The notes beneath the pieces were generated by a model. It searched no databases, was not told where the DNA came from, and worked only from the letters and a program-made list of their open reading frames with translations. 62,973 nt of DNA from Candidatus Nanopelagicaceae bacterium (lineage in GTDB: Bacteria; Actinomycetota; Actinomycetes; Nanopelagicales; Nanopelagicaceae), in the NCBI GenBank assembly GCA_036382195.1, contig DASVIG010000045.1:1-62973 (forward strand), given 5' to 3'. A program made the translations under genes and the position numbers. Positions 41,843-50,949 of the stretch are shown piece by piece. The stretch's first letter is position 1, and every line of letters begins with the position of its first letter.

Positions 41843-42877
41843 ATGCAAGCGCGGGGACCCTCGGGTCGGAAATGCCAAAAGAGGGGTACCGCTCACATGA
41901 GCGTAGGTAGAACCAATCAGGGCGGTGTTAGGGTCCACAACGTGAAGAGCCCAGCGCTGATCGAACCGCGGGAGAAATTACCTTCGATCAGCAGATGGTT
42001 ATCTCCTCTGGCTCTGAGTAGTGCTCTGGTTGTCTACGGCCTCATCATCTTCGGCAGCCAGGTCCGGGTGAGTGATTCCGGGATGGGCTGCCCGGACTGG
42101 CCGCTCTGCGATGGCCGCATCGGGCCGATCCACGAATTTCACGCTCTGATGGAACAGACCCACCGCTATATCGCCGCGCTTGCCACCGTCTTAGTTATTG
42201 CTACCGCACTTCTTGCCCGATCCATCCGAACTCGTCCTGCGGCCATCCGTCCGGCCTTTTTTACCGCCGGGGTTGTTGCGATTCAGGTGGTCCTGGGTGC
42301 GGTAACCGTGATCGATGGAAATGGCGCACCAACAGTGGCCGCCCATCTCCTGGCTGGCCTGGCACTATTGGGCGGTGCAACGGTAACTGCCGTGGCGACG
42401 CTGGTGCCGAGGCATGAAATCGTGGGCCCCCGTCTTGGCAAGGGCGGATGGGTGGCTATCAGCGCAGCCGGCCTGCTCTACCTCTCGGGTTCTCTGGTGG
42501 TCAACGCCGAAGCCGAGAAGGACTGCGCCAGTTTCCCATTCTGTCCCACCGACCAGCCTTTCCATCTGGTTCTACTTCACCTGATACATCGCAGCATTGC
42601 CCTGGTGGCCACGATTGCCTTGGTTGTTTTCGCGTTTCACGCTTGGCGGAACTGGCAGGTGCACCGCGGAGCCAGAGCCTTGGCGGCAACCTTGGTCGGT
42701 CTCCTCATTATCACCGCAACCTTGGGAATTTTCAGTGCACTCTTAAAAGCGCCGGCGGATCTGCAAGATCTCCATCTAGCCGGCGCCGCGGCGGTTCTTC
42801 TCACCTCAGTGGCCCTGGCTAGCGTGGGCTGGCTAACCGGAGCTGACTCTTCCGGCAGGACAGAAAACCGAATCTAG
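41843..42877 (+). CDS. ctaA: Heme A synthase (COX15/CtaA)
   Basis: GCPDWPLC motif, multiple TM helices and conserved His residues. The true start is probably downstream (ATG 41897 or GTG 41942). Confidence 0.85.
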   Translation: MQARGPSGRKCQKRGTAHMSVGRTNQGGVRVHNVKSPALIEPREKLPSISRWLSPLALSSALVVYGLIIFGSQVRVSDSGMGCPDWPLCDGRIGPIHEFHALMEQTHRYIAALATVLVIATALLARSIRTRPAAIRPAFFTAGVVAIQVVLGAVTVIDGNGAPTVAAHLLAGLALLGGATVTAVATLVPRHEIVGPRLGKGGWVAISAAGLLYLSGSLVVNAEAEKDCASFPFCPTDQPFHLVLLHLIHRSIALVATIALVVFAFHAWRNWQVHRGARALAATLVGLLIITATLGIFSALLKAPADLQDLHLAGAAAVLLTSVALASVGWLTGADSSGRTENRI

Positions 42878-42948
42878 AGCGGGCGACGGGAATCGGACCC
42901 GCGCTGTCAGCTTGGGAAGCTGACGTGATACCACTTCACTACGCCCGC
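42878..42948 (-). tRNA. tRNA-Gly (anticodon CCC)
   Basis: The reverse complement reads GCGGGCGTAGTGAAGTGGTATCACGTCAGCTTCCCAAGCTGACAGCGCGGGTCCGATTCCCGTCGCCCGCT. The anticodon loop is TTCCCAA and the discriminator is U. No CCA is encoded. Confidence 0.93.
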
Positions 42949-42998
42949 GAAATGGCCCAACTAGGTAAGCATATGCAAGAGCGGTAAAGTCGCCAACC

Positions 42999-43577
42999 AT
43001 GCTACTAAGTGATCGCGATATTCGTGAGCAAGTTAATTCTGGTCGCGTTCGGGTTGAACCCTTCGACCCGGGGATGATTCAGCCCTCCAGTGTCGATGTG
43101 CGGCTGGACCGGTTCTTTCGCGTTTTTGAGAACCATAAGTACTCGGTGATTGATCCTTCTGTCGAGCAAGGTGAACTTACTCGTGAAGTCGAAGTCGCGC
43201 CGGATGATTTTTTCGTTCTCCACCCCGGGGAGTTCGTTCTGGCAAGTACCTACGAGATCATCTCTCTTCCCGATGACATTGCCGGCCGACTAGAAGGCAA
43301 GTCATCGCTAGGCCGACTCGGACTACTGACCCATTCCACCGCTGGATTTATCGATCCAGGTTTTTCCGGTCACATCACCCTCGAACTTTCCAACGTGGCG
43401 AACTTGCCCGTGAAACTTTTCCCGGGGATGAAGATCGGACAACTCTGTCTGATAAAACTTTCATCTCCCGCTGAGCATCCATATGGTTCGGCTCTCTATG
43501 GTTCGAGGTATCAGGGTCAACGTGGTCCAACTCCCAGCCGTTCGTGGATGAATTTTCACCAGACGGAAGTCAAGTAA
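42999..43577 (+). CDS. dcd: dCTP deaminase
   Basis: MLLSDRDI N-terminus and a [17 protein letters not shown] trimeric dUTPase-like motif. Confidence 0.93.
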   Translation: MLLSDRDIREQVNSGRVRVEPFDPGMIQPSSVDVRLDRFFRVFENHKYSVIDPSVEQGELTREVEVAPDDFFVLHPGEFVLASTYEIISLPDDIAGRLEGKSSLGRLGLLTHSTAGFIDPGFSGHITLELSNVANLPVKLFPGMKIGQLCLIKLSSPAEHPYGSALYGSRYQGQRGPTPSRSWMNFHQTEVK

Positions 43578-43639
43578 CCCCCGAAGGATTCAAATAGAAC
43601 TCAAGCAGTACTCAAATAGAAGAGGAGTAGATTAAAAAC

Positions 43640-44194
43640 ATGTCAAAGATTCTCATAGTGCTCGTTGTTATCGTGGTAATCGGTCTATTTGTGATTTCGC
43701 TCTACAACCGCCTCGTGCGACTCAATGTTTCGGTCAATGAAGCCTTCGCGCAGATCGAGGTGCAACTCAAGCGCCGTTCTGATCTCATTCCCAATCTAGT
43801 GGAAACCGTCAAGGGTTATGCCGCGCATGAGCAGGCCACCTTTGAAAAAGTGGTGGCCGCTCGCGCTAAGGCGACGACCGCAACAACTGTTGCCGATGTT
43901 GCCGCTGCTGATGGCATGGTCACTCAGGCGCTCCGCGGTCTCTTGGCGGTAGCCGAGGCGTATCCAGATCTGAAAGCCTCCTCCAATTTCCTAGCGCTGC
44001 AAGAAGAACTCTCAACGACGGAAAACAAAGTCTCCTTCGCACGTCAGTTTTACAATGACAATGTGCGCGCGCTCAATACTGCACTTAAAACCATCCCCAC
44101 CAGTCTTTTTGCAGGGATGGCAAAGGTGAGCGCTCGCGAGTTCTATGAAGTCGAAGATCCACAGTCTCGCCAAGCTCCCACAGTAAAGTTCTAA
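43640..44194 (+). CDS. lemA: LemA family membrane protein
   Basis: It has an N-terminal TM helix and the LemA core (YNRLVRLNVSVNEAFAQIEVQLKRRSDLIPNLV). Confidence 0.9.
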   Translation: MSKILIVLVVIVVIGLFVISLYNRLVRLNVSVNEAFAQIEVQLKRRSDLIPNLVETVKGYAAHEQATFEKVVAARAKATTATTVADVAAADGMVTQALRGLLAVAEAYPDLKASSNFLALQEELSTTENKVSFARQFYNDNVRALNTALKTIPTSLFAGMAKVSAREFYEVEDPQSRQAPTVKF

Positions 44195-44205
44195 AACTTA
44201 ACTTT

Positions 44206-45132
44206 ATGGCAGAGGTATCTTTCCGCGGAATGGCAAGCGCCAACCGGCGCAAGACGTATGGTCTTCTGGCGGGTATGGGAGTATTGGTCTGGGTGGTTGT
44301 CTTTGCCGCGCTGACATATTTCGGTAAAAGTACAACATTGATCGTTCCCATTGCCGTAGGGATTGCACTGGTATCGGTCTGGGGTTCGTATTACGCCTCT
44401 GATTCAATCGTCCTGCGTATTACGGGAGCCCGTCTGATCCAAGAGAGCGACAATCCGAAACTTTTCAATCTCATCCATGAAATAACTATCGCCAGTGGTC
44501 TGCCGATGCCAAAGGTGGCGATTGTTACCGATACTGCTCCCAATGCTTTTGCAACTGGTCGCAACCCCGAACATGCGGTGATTGCTTTTACAACGGGCAT
44601 TCTGGATGTCATGGACCGCGACCAACTCCAAGGGGTCATCGCTCATGAGATGTCCCATGTCGGAAACCGGGACACATTGGTATCAGCTGTGGCTGCAACT
44701 ACCGCCGGGGCGATTGCCTTGCTCAGTGATTTTCTTACGCGGATGCTCTGGTTTGGCGGGGGTCGGCGCGATTCACGCGATAGCAATTCCAACCCGCTGG
44801 CTCTGGTTGTCTCGCTAGTTGTTCTAATTCTTGCGCCACTGGCTGCGATGTTATTGAAGTCCGCGATTTCGCGACGCCGTGAAGCCCTTGCGGATGCAAC
44901 GGCTGTCTCTTTCACTCGCAATCCCGCTGGACTTCGCTCTGCCCTTGAAGTTCTGGCAGCCGACACAACCGTCGTCCATCAACGCTCAACTGCGGTTGCG
45001 CATATGTGGATTGAATCACCCCTGGACTCAAAGGGCGTTTCGCGGCTCTTCTCTACTCATCCGCCGATTGAAGAACGAATTGCCGCATTACGGGCGATGG
45101 AGAATCTGGGCCCCGCCCCGCGCAGTAATTAG
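44206..45132 (+). CDS. htpX: Zinc metalloprotease HtpX (M48)
   Basis: HEMSHV zinc motif and TM helices, directly after lemA. Confidence 0.92.
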   Translation: MAEVSFRGMASANRRKTYGLLAGMGVLVWVVVFAALTYFGKSTTLIVPIAVGIALVSVWGSYYASDSIVLRITGARLIQESDNPKLFNLIHEITIASGLPMPKVAIVTDTAPNAFATGRNPEHAVIAFTTGILDVMDRDQLQGVIAHEMSHVGNRDTLVSAVAATTAGAIALLSDFLTRMLWFGGGRRDSRDSNSNPLALVVSLVVLILAPLAAMLLKSAISRRREALADATAVSFTRNPAGLRSALEVLAADTTVVHQRSTAVAHMWIESPLDSKGVSRLFSTHPPIEERIAALRAMENLGPAPRSN

Positions 45133-46649
45133 GCGTTTATAGGGAAAAAGAGGGTAAAAGTCGCACCCTCGCCAAGTTTCGAGGAAACGCTGACCCGACC
45201 GCCGTGGGCGCGCATAACCGCATCGACAATCGAGAGCCCAAGGCCGCTACCTTCGTCGCTCATACGTGCACGTGAAGGATCCGCGCGGAAGAACCGTTCA
45301 AAGATCCGCTCTTGATTTGCTTCACTTAAGCCCGGTCCCTTATCGGCAACCTCAACAGTCGTTCCGTCATCAGATTGCGCGACCGTCACTGATATCGGAG
45401 TACCTGCCGGAGTATGTGTGCGAGCATTTGCGAGCAAATTCGCTACAACCTGATGAATGCGATTGCTATCACCGAGAACATAAAGATCGTCTTCTGGAAG
45501 TGCCACGGTAATCGGATGCGTCGGACCGGCAGCGCGTGCCGACTCGACTGCATCTGTAACTGTGGTCTTCAAATTGACCGGAACTCTTGCCATCTCTCGT
45601 GATTGATCAAGGCGCGCAAGGAGCAAGAGATCTTCCACGAGTGAACCCATCCGTATTGATTCCTTTTCAATCCGTTGAATCAATGCCTTAGTGTCCTTTT
45701 CGCCCTTGACGGCGCCTTGACGGTGCAATTCGGCGAATCCGCGGATGGCGGTGAGAGGTGTGCGAAGTTCGTGGCTGGCATCGGCCACAAATCGTCGCAG
45801 ACGGTTCTCACTCGCTGTGCGCGCCGCAAAAGACTCCTCGATACGTGCCAACATCTGGTTGAGGGATCCCACAAGCCGGCCGACTTCTGTGTCGGGTTTT
45901 GCATGTGGCAGACGCGCTGAAAGGTTGCCCGCCGCAATAGATTCGGCGGTCAGTTCAACGGCTTCCAACGGCTTCAAGCCGATGTTGACGACCTTGAGCG
46001 AGGCCAATGCGATTAAGAGAAGCGCAATGAGGCCGATAAAAATAAACAAAAATAGAAGTCGGTGCACAGTCTGATCAACATTATCCAGGGATTGCGCCAC
46101 TATGACGCTTCCGAGAGCCGACGGCAGAACACGCGCTAAGACTCGAAAATCAGCCCCAGGCGCATCCAAAGTGAAAGGGAGATTCTTATGGCTCAATACC
46201 ATTTTTGGAGTGAGACCCTTGACGTACTTTCCAATTTCTTGGGTATTGAGATCGCCACCGATTACACCCAGAATGTTTCCACGCGGGTCAAGCAGCGTGA
46301 CCGACATCGATGTTGGTACCGACCGTAACGGTCGTAACGCATTTTGATTTCGGACCGGCACTGGAGAAACTGCTGTCTTTCCATCGTTGTTATCACTGGT
46401 GCTGGCGGGCGGCACGCTGTTGTCATCGGGTGCGATTCCTGCGCGGTCGAGTCGGAGCACCGAACCGCCAGCCACCGAAGTTAATTGCGTATCAACTTGG
46501 TTGATAAGAAAAGAACGGAGAGAACTCCGCGCAGCTACGTCCGATGCAATAAAACCTAATGCTGATAGAACCACTACTCCGACGACAAGCCGATTACGCA
46601 GACTCCAAAGACTTAAAGGGTTGGCAACTCTGCGAAGTGGTGATTCCAT
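45129..46649 (-). CDS. Two-component sensor histidine kinase (HAMP-HisKA-HATPase)
   Basis: H-box ADASHELRTPLTAI and G-box GSGLGLSIV. Two TM helices flank an extracytoplasmic domain. Confidence 0.9.
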   Translation of the reverse strand: MESPLRRVANPLSLWSLRNRLVVGVVVLSALGFIASDVAARSSLRSFLINQVDTQLTSVAGGSVLRLDRAGIAPDDNSVPPASTSDNNDGKTAVSPVPVRNQNALRPLRSVPTSMSVTLLDPRGNILGVIGGDLNTQEIGKYVKGLTPKMVLSHKNLPFTLDAPGADFRVLARVLPSALGSVIVAQSLDNVDQTVHRLLFLFIFIGLIALLLIALASLKVVNIGLKPLEAVELTAESIAAGNLSARLPHAKPDTEVGRLVGSLNQMLARIEESFAARTASENRLRRFVADASHELRTPLTAIRGFAELHRQGAVKGEKDTKALIQRIEKESIRMGSLVEDLLLLARLDQSREMARVPVNLKTTVTDAVESARAAGPTHPITVALPEDDLYVLGDSNRIHQVVANLLANARTHTPAGTPISVTVAQSDDGTTVEVADKGPGLSEANQERIFERFFRADPSRARMSDEGSGLGLSIVDAVMRAHGGRVSVSSKLGEGATFTLFFPINA

Positions 46650-46673
46650 AATGAGCGATGGTAGTGCAGCGCA

Positions 46674-47426
46674 CTACTTTTTAGGTGGCATCCGTAAGCG
46701 GTAGCCAACACCTCGAACAGTATGAATCAGCGGAGGATCGAATGTGTCGATCTTCTTGCGAAGATAGGAAATATATGTCTCGACAATTCCAGCATCGCCA
46801 CGGAAGTCGTACTGCCACACATGGTCCAATATCTGCGCCTTTGAAACAACGCGATCGGCGTTGATCAACAGGTATCGCAGAAGTAAGAACTCTGTGGGAG
46901 AGAGATCAATGAGAATGCCGGCCCGACGGACTTCATGAGTCGCCTCATCCAACTCAAGATCTGCAAAGCGGATCTTCTCGTCATCTGGCATGACTTCAAT
47001 TGCTCCGGTACGGCGAAGGAGGGCGCGAATTCTCGCAACCAACTCTTCCAAACTAAAGGGCTTGGTCATGTAGTCATCGCCACCGATAGTCAGCCCGGCG
47101 ACCTTGTCTTCCATGCCATCTTTGGCAGTCAGGAAGAGGACGCCGACGTTGTGGCCGTCGGAGCGGAGTTGGCGGCAGACCTCGAAACCATCCAGGTCTG
47201 GCAACATGACATCCAGGACCATTGCGTGAGGATGGAACTCCTCAGCAACCTGTAACGCCTGGGCGCCGTTGGCAGCGGTACGGACATCAAAACCTACGAA
47301 ACGCAGGCTGGTAGCGACGAGATCGCTAATGCTCGATTCATCGTCAACCACCAAGATCCGATGGGTCGTAATTTCCTTTGCCTCACTTAGTTCTGCGCGC
47401 TCTCTAAGAGTCGTCATATTTATCAC
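46674..47426 (-). CDS. OmpR-family response regulator
   Basis: Receiver motifs ILVVDDE and LDVMLPDLDG with a winged-helix C-terminus (TVRGVGYRL). Confidence 0.92.
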   Translation of the reverse strand: MINMTTLRERAELSEAKEITTHRILVVDDESSISDLVATSLRFVGFDVRTAANGAQALQVAEEFHPHAMVLDVMLPDLDGFEVCRQLRSDGHNVGVLFLTAKDGMEDKVAGLTIGGDDYMTKPFSLEELVARIRALLRRTGAIEVMPDDEKIRFADLELDEATHEVRRAGILIDLSPTEFLLLRYLLINADRVVSKAQILDHVWQYDFRGDAGIVETYISYLRKKIDTFDPPLIHTVRGVGYRLRMPPKK

Positions 47427-47492
47427 CTCAAGAGGGAGGATGCACCCTCACCTTGGGAATTGTCTGAGAATAACCTTTAAGCCCTCTACGGA

Positions 47493-49559
47493 TTAGTGGG
47501 GTCTGACGCTCCGAAGGAGCGCTTGGGCGACATCCAGGACTTCGACCGTGCTCTCGCGGGCAGCCACCCCATCGCTCACCATGACCCGACAGAACGGGCA
47601 GGCCACGGCGACCTCCTCGGCCCCGGTTGCAATTGCCTCATCCACCCGGTTGAGGTTGATGTGGGAGCCGATCTTCTCCTCCATCCACATCCGACCGCCG
47701 CCGGCACCGCAGCAGAAGGAGCGCTCCTGGTTACGTGGCATCTCAGTGATTTCAACCCCGGTGGCCTCGAGCAGTTCGCGAGGTGGTTCGTAAATCTTGT
47801 TATGACGGCCGAGGTAACAAGGGTCGTGATAGGTCAACTTCTTCTGGCTCTTATTTATCGGAACCAATTTGCCTTCGCGGACCAACTGGTTGAGAAGTTG
47901 GGTGTGGTGCACCATCTCTAATTCGAAACCGCTCTGCTTGTAGTCGCGCCCAATTGTCGTGAAGCAATGCGGGCATGTGACAACGACTTTCTTCTTACCT
48001 TTCTCTGTCCGCCCGGCAAAAACTTGCTCGAAGGTCTCAATATTCTCACGGGAGAGAATTTGGTAGAGGAACTCGTTGCCGGCACGTCGGGCTGGATCAC
48101 CGGTGCAGGTTTCCTTCTTTCCCAACACTGCAAATGAAACACCTGACATATATAACAATTCTGCGACAGCCTTTGTAGTTTTCTTGGCTCGCTCCTCATA
48201 CGCGCCGGCGCAACCTACCCAGAAAAGATATTCCACATCATCTGGCAGTTGCCCTTCGACAATTCGGATGGGAAAATCGCATTCGGCAATCCAGCCATCT
48301 CGACCCGCGCGGCTGGATCCCCATGGATTGCCGGCGCTCTCCAGATTACGGAAGGTCCCACCGAGTTCGGATGGAAACTCGGATTCAACCAGAACTTGGA
48401 AACGACGCATGTTGACGATGTGATCGATATGTTCGATATCGACGGGGCATTCATTCACGCAAGCTCCGCACATCGTGCACGACCACAAAACGTCCAAGGA
48501 AATGGGAGCAGCCTCGCCAACCAGGGACTCGCTTTCAACAACTTTCGCCATCGCATGATCGCGCATCGCCATGATCAACAGTTTGGGCGATAGTGGTTTG
48601 TCCGTATGCCAAGCAGGGCATTGCGACTGACACCGGCCGCACTCAGTGCAGCTGGTCATGTCCAGCAGTCCCTTCCACGAAATATCCGCTCTCGTTCCTA
48701 ACCCGAAGACGTCGTCTTCGGCCGGGTCCTCAAAATCAATGGGTTTGCCGTGCGAGATCATTTCCGGCAACTCACCCAATGAACTTGTACCGTCGCTATG
48801 GCGTTTGTAGTACACATTGAAGAATGCAAGGAAGCGGTGCCAGGCCACACCCATGGTTAAGTTAAGGGAGATGACAATGAACCAGAGCATTGAAACCGCG
48901 ATTTTGACCGCAGCCACAATTTGGATTCCCTGCAAGATTGACTGCAATGAGTAATGCTTGAAGTAGAGGGCAATAAACCAAGTGGTGATGAAGTGACGAT
49001 TCCAAGAAGTGCTATCGGACAACGCCCCTTCTAGTCCACGCAATGTCAGTACGCAGAGGACGATGACGAGAATTGTTGCCTCAACGTAGTACCCCTTCCA
49101 CATTCCCGATCCGTAGAATCGGGACTTGCGATCTTTCTTAACGATCCGCGTGTATTGGCGGATGCCAATAAGAGTAAGGATCCCGATCCCCGTTGCCCAG
49201 GCGATCAGTTCGGAGAGATATTCATAGAGATAGAAATGTCCGATGATGGGGAGATTGAAATAAGGATTCGTAATCTGTCCATACGCGGTCAATAACGTTC
49301 CAAAGAGCGCGACAAAACCAATCATCACAAACCAGTGTGCGACTCCCTGGGCTGTGAACTTGAGCATCTTGGTATGGCCGAGGATCTCGCTCAACATATG
49401 CGTCCAACGTGCGCCGCGATTATCCCTTCGAGTCGGATCCGCCTGACCCGCCTTATAAATCGCAAGGAGTCGGCGGACGTTGAGGATCAGGAGTGCTAGC
49501 CCCACGATGGTGATGCCGTAGGAGAAAGCGATGAGCGAGAGATTGAGCCAATAGGACAT
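47493..49559 (-). CDS. Membrane-anchored (Fe-S)-binding oxidoreductase (NarI/HdrE-like TM domain fused to HdrD/GlpC-like 2x[4Fe-4S] + CCG domains; Rv0338c-like)
   Basis: Two ferredoxin motifs are present (CTECGRCQSQCP and CTMCGACVNECP). Cys-rich CCG-type segments include SFCCGAGGG. The N-terminal third is polytopic and hydrophobic with conserved His. Start is taken at MSYWLNLS; the ORF opens at 49628. Confidence 0.8.
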   Translation of the reverse strand: MSYWLNLSLIAFSYGITIVGLALLILNVRRLLAIYKAGQADPTRRDNRGARWTHMLSEILGHTKMLKFTAQGVAHWFVMIGFVALFGTLLTAYGQITNPYFNLPIIGHFYLYEYLSELIAWATGIGILTLIGIRQYTRIVKKDRKSRFYGSGMWKGYYVEATILVIVLCVLTLRGLEGALSDSTSWNRHFITTWFIALYFKHYSLQSILQGIQIVAAVKIAVSMLWFIVISLNLTMGVAWHRFLAFFNVYYKRHSDGTSSLGELPEMISHGKPIDFEDPAEDDVFGLGTRADISWKGLLDMTSCTECGRCQSQCPAWHTDKPLSPKLLIMAMRDHAMAKVVESESLVGEAAPISLDVLWSCTMCGACVNECPVDIEHIDHIVNMRRFQVLVESEFPSELGGTFRNLESAGNPWGSSRAGRDGWIAECDFPIRIVEGQLPDDVEYLFWVGCAGAYEERAKKTTKAVAELLYMSGVSFAVLGKKETCTGDPARRAGNEFLYQILSRENIETFEQVFAGRTEKGKKKVVVTCPHCFTTIGRDYKQSGFELEMVHHTQLLNQLVREGKLVPINKSQKKLTYHDPCYLGRHNKIYEPPRELLEATGVEITEMPRNQERSFCCGAGGGRMWMEEKIGSHINLNRVDEAIATGAEEVAVACPFCRVMVSDGVAARESTVEVLDVAQALLRSVRPH

Positions 49560-49611
49560 GGGAAGAGGGTAGTGGTCTGAGGATATAAAGAGCAGGGGCG
49601 AAGCGTGAATT

Positions 49612-50949
49612 ATGGTGCTAAGTTGCACAACGATGAACTTTTATCGGAATCGAATATCCAGAATGATTTCGATGGTACTTGTCACCATTCTGGCTACTGC
49701 TGTTTCGGGCACTGCTGCCCGTGCTGCCACTGAAACCATTACTGTCTTTACCGATAGCGGAAACAATGACCGACCGATAATTGACGCCATTGCCAGAGCG
49801 TTTATGAGCAAGAACTCCAACATTCACGTGGTTGTAAAAGTCGGCCCCAGTGGAACCGAAGCGGTCAATTGGGTGAAGGCCAGATTGGCTACCGGAAATA
49901 TGGACGATGTCTTCGTCTACTACAGCGGGTCGCTCTTTCAGTCTCTGGATCCAACCAGGAATTTGGTGAATCTGGCAGCAGAACCATGGCAATCAACGGT
50001 GGTTGCCTCCTTCTACCCGGTTGTATCGATTGGTCAGAAAATCTACGGCGCCCCCCTGGGAAGCGCGATGGGCGGCGGCATTCTGTACAACAAAGTTGTC
50101 TACGCCAAACTTGGCTTGAAGATTCCGTTGACGTGGGCGCAATTTATGTCCAACAGTGCCAAGATCAAGAAAGCCGGAATCATCCCGGTAATCCAGACCT
50201 ACAAAGACGCCTGGACTGCGCAAATGTTGGTTCTGGCCGATCAATTCAACGTACAAGCCATTGACCCGAATTTTGCTTCCGAGTTCACGTCCAACCGGGC
50301 AAAAGTAGCAACGACGCCCTATGCTTTCGCGGGTTTCCAGCATCTGGAAGATATTCATAAGGCTGCGTATCTCAACGGCGATTATGCAACCGCGAACTTG
50401 GATAAAGGCCTTGGGTATCTCGCAACCGGCAAAGGTGCCCAGTACCCAATGCTGACCTTCGTGTCGACGAATCTGGCTAAGAGCTATCCGAAGTTAGTAA
50501 AAAATGTCGGTTTCTTTGCCCAACCTGGAACATCGGCGAAGAGCAATGGGTTGACTCTCTGGATGCCGACGGGATTGTTCATTCCGAAAACGACCAAGCA
50601 TCTTGCTGCAGCCAAGAAGTTTGTGGCATTCGCGATGTCATCCTCCGGTATCGCGGCGATGAACTCTGCGGTGGTACCCACCGGCCCTTACTTGATCAAG
50701 GGCGCAAAACTCATTGGTCCAATCTCACCGATAGTCTCCGACATGCTTCCCTATATGAATACCAAAGGGAAAACCGCACCAGCGCTTGAATTCTTATCTC
50801 CGATCAAGGGTCCCAATCTTTCGCAGATTGCCGTCAGTGTTGGCTCTGGCATCAAGAGTTCCAAAGAGGGTGCCACGGCCTACGACAACGACGTAAAAAA
50901 AGAGGCGCTGCGATTGGGTCTTCCGGCCTGGGGGAAAATGCCGGCTTAA
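49612..50949 (+). CDS. ABC transporter solute-binding protein (family 1, carbohydrate type), with no adjacent permease or ATPase genes
   Basis: A signal-anchor-like N-terminus precedes a typical periplasmic-binding-protein sequence. The start is ambiguous (ATG 49633 or 49663 more likely than 49612). Confidence 0.75.
   Translation: MVLSCTTMNFYRNRISRMISMVLVTILATAVSGTAARAATETITVFTDSGNNDRPIIDAIARAFMSKNSNIHVVVKVGPSGTEAVNWVKARLATGNMDDVFVYYSGSLFQSLDPTRNLVNLAAEPWQSTVVASFYPVVSIGQKIYGAPLGSAMGGGILYNKVVYAKLGLKIPLTWAQFMSNSAKIKKAGIIPVIQTYKDAWTAQMLVLADQFNVQAIDPNFASEFTSNRAKVATTPYAFAGFQHLEDIHKAAYLNGDYATANLDKGLGYLATGKGAQYPMLTFVSTNLAKSYPKLVKNVGFFAQPGTSAKSNGLTLWMPTGLFIPKTTKHLAAAKKFVAFAMSSSGIAAMNSAVVPTGPYLIKGAKLIGPISPIVSDMLPYMNTKGKTAPALEFLSPIKGPNLSQIAVSVGSGIKSSKEGATAYDNDVKKEALRLGLPAWGKMPA

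Noticed and set aside
43585-43622. Direct repeat TCAAATAGA occurring twice between dcd and lemA
   Set aside because: It is only 9 bp with two copies in an AT-rich promoter/RBS region. That is insufficient to call a regulatory repeat.
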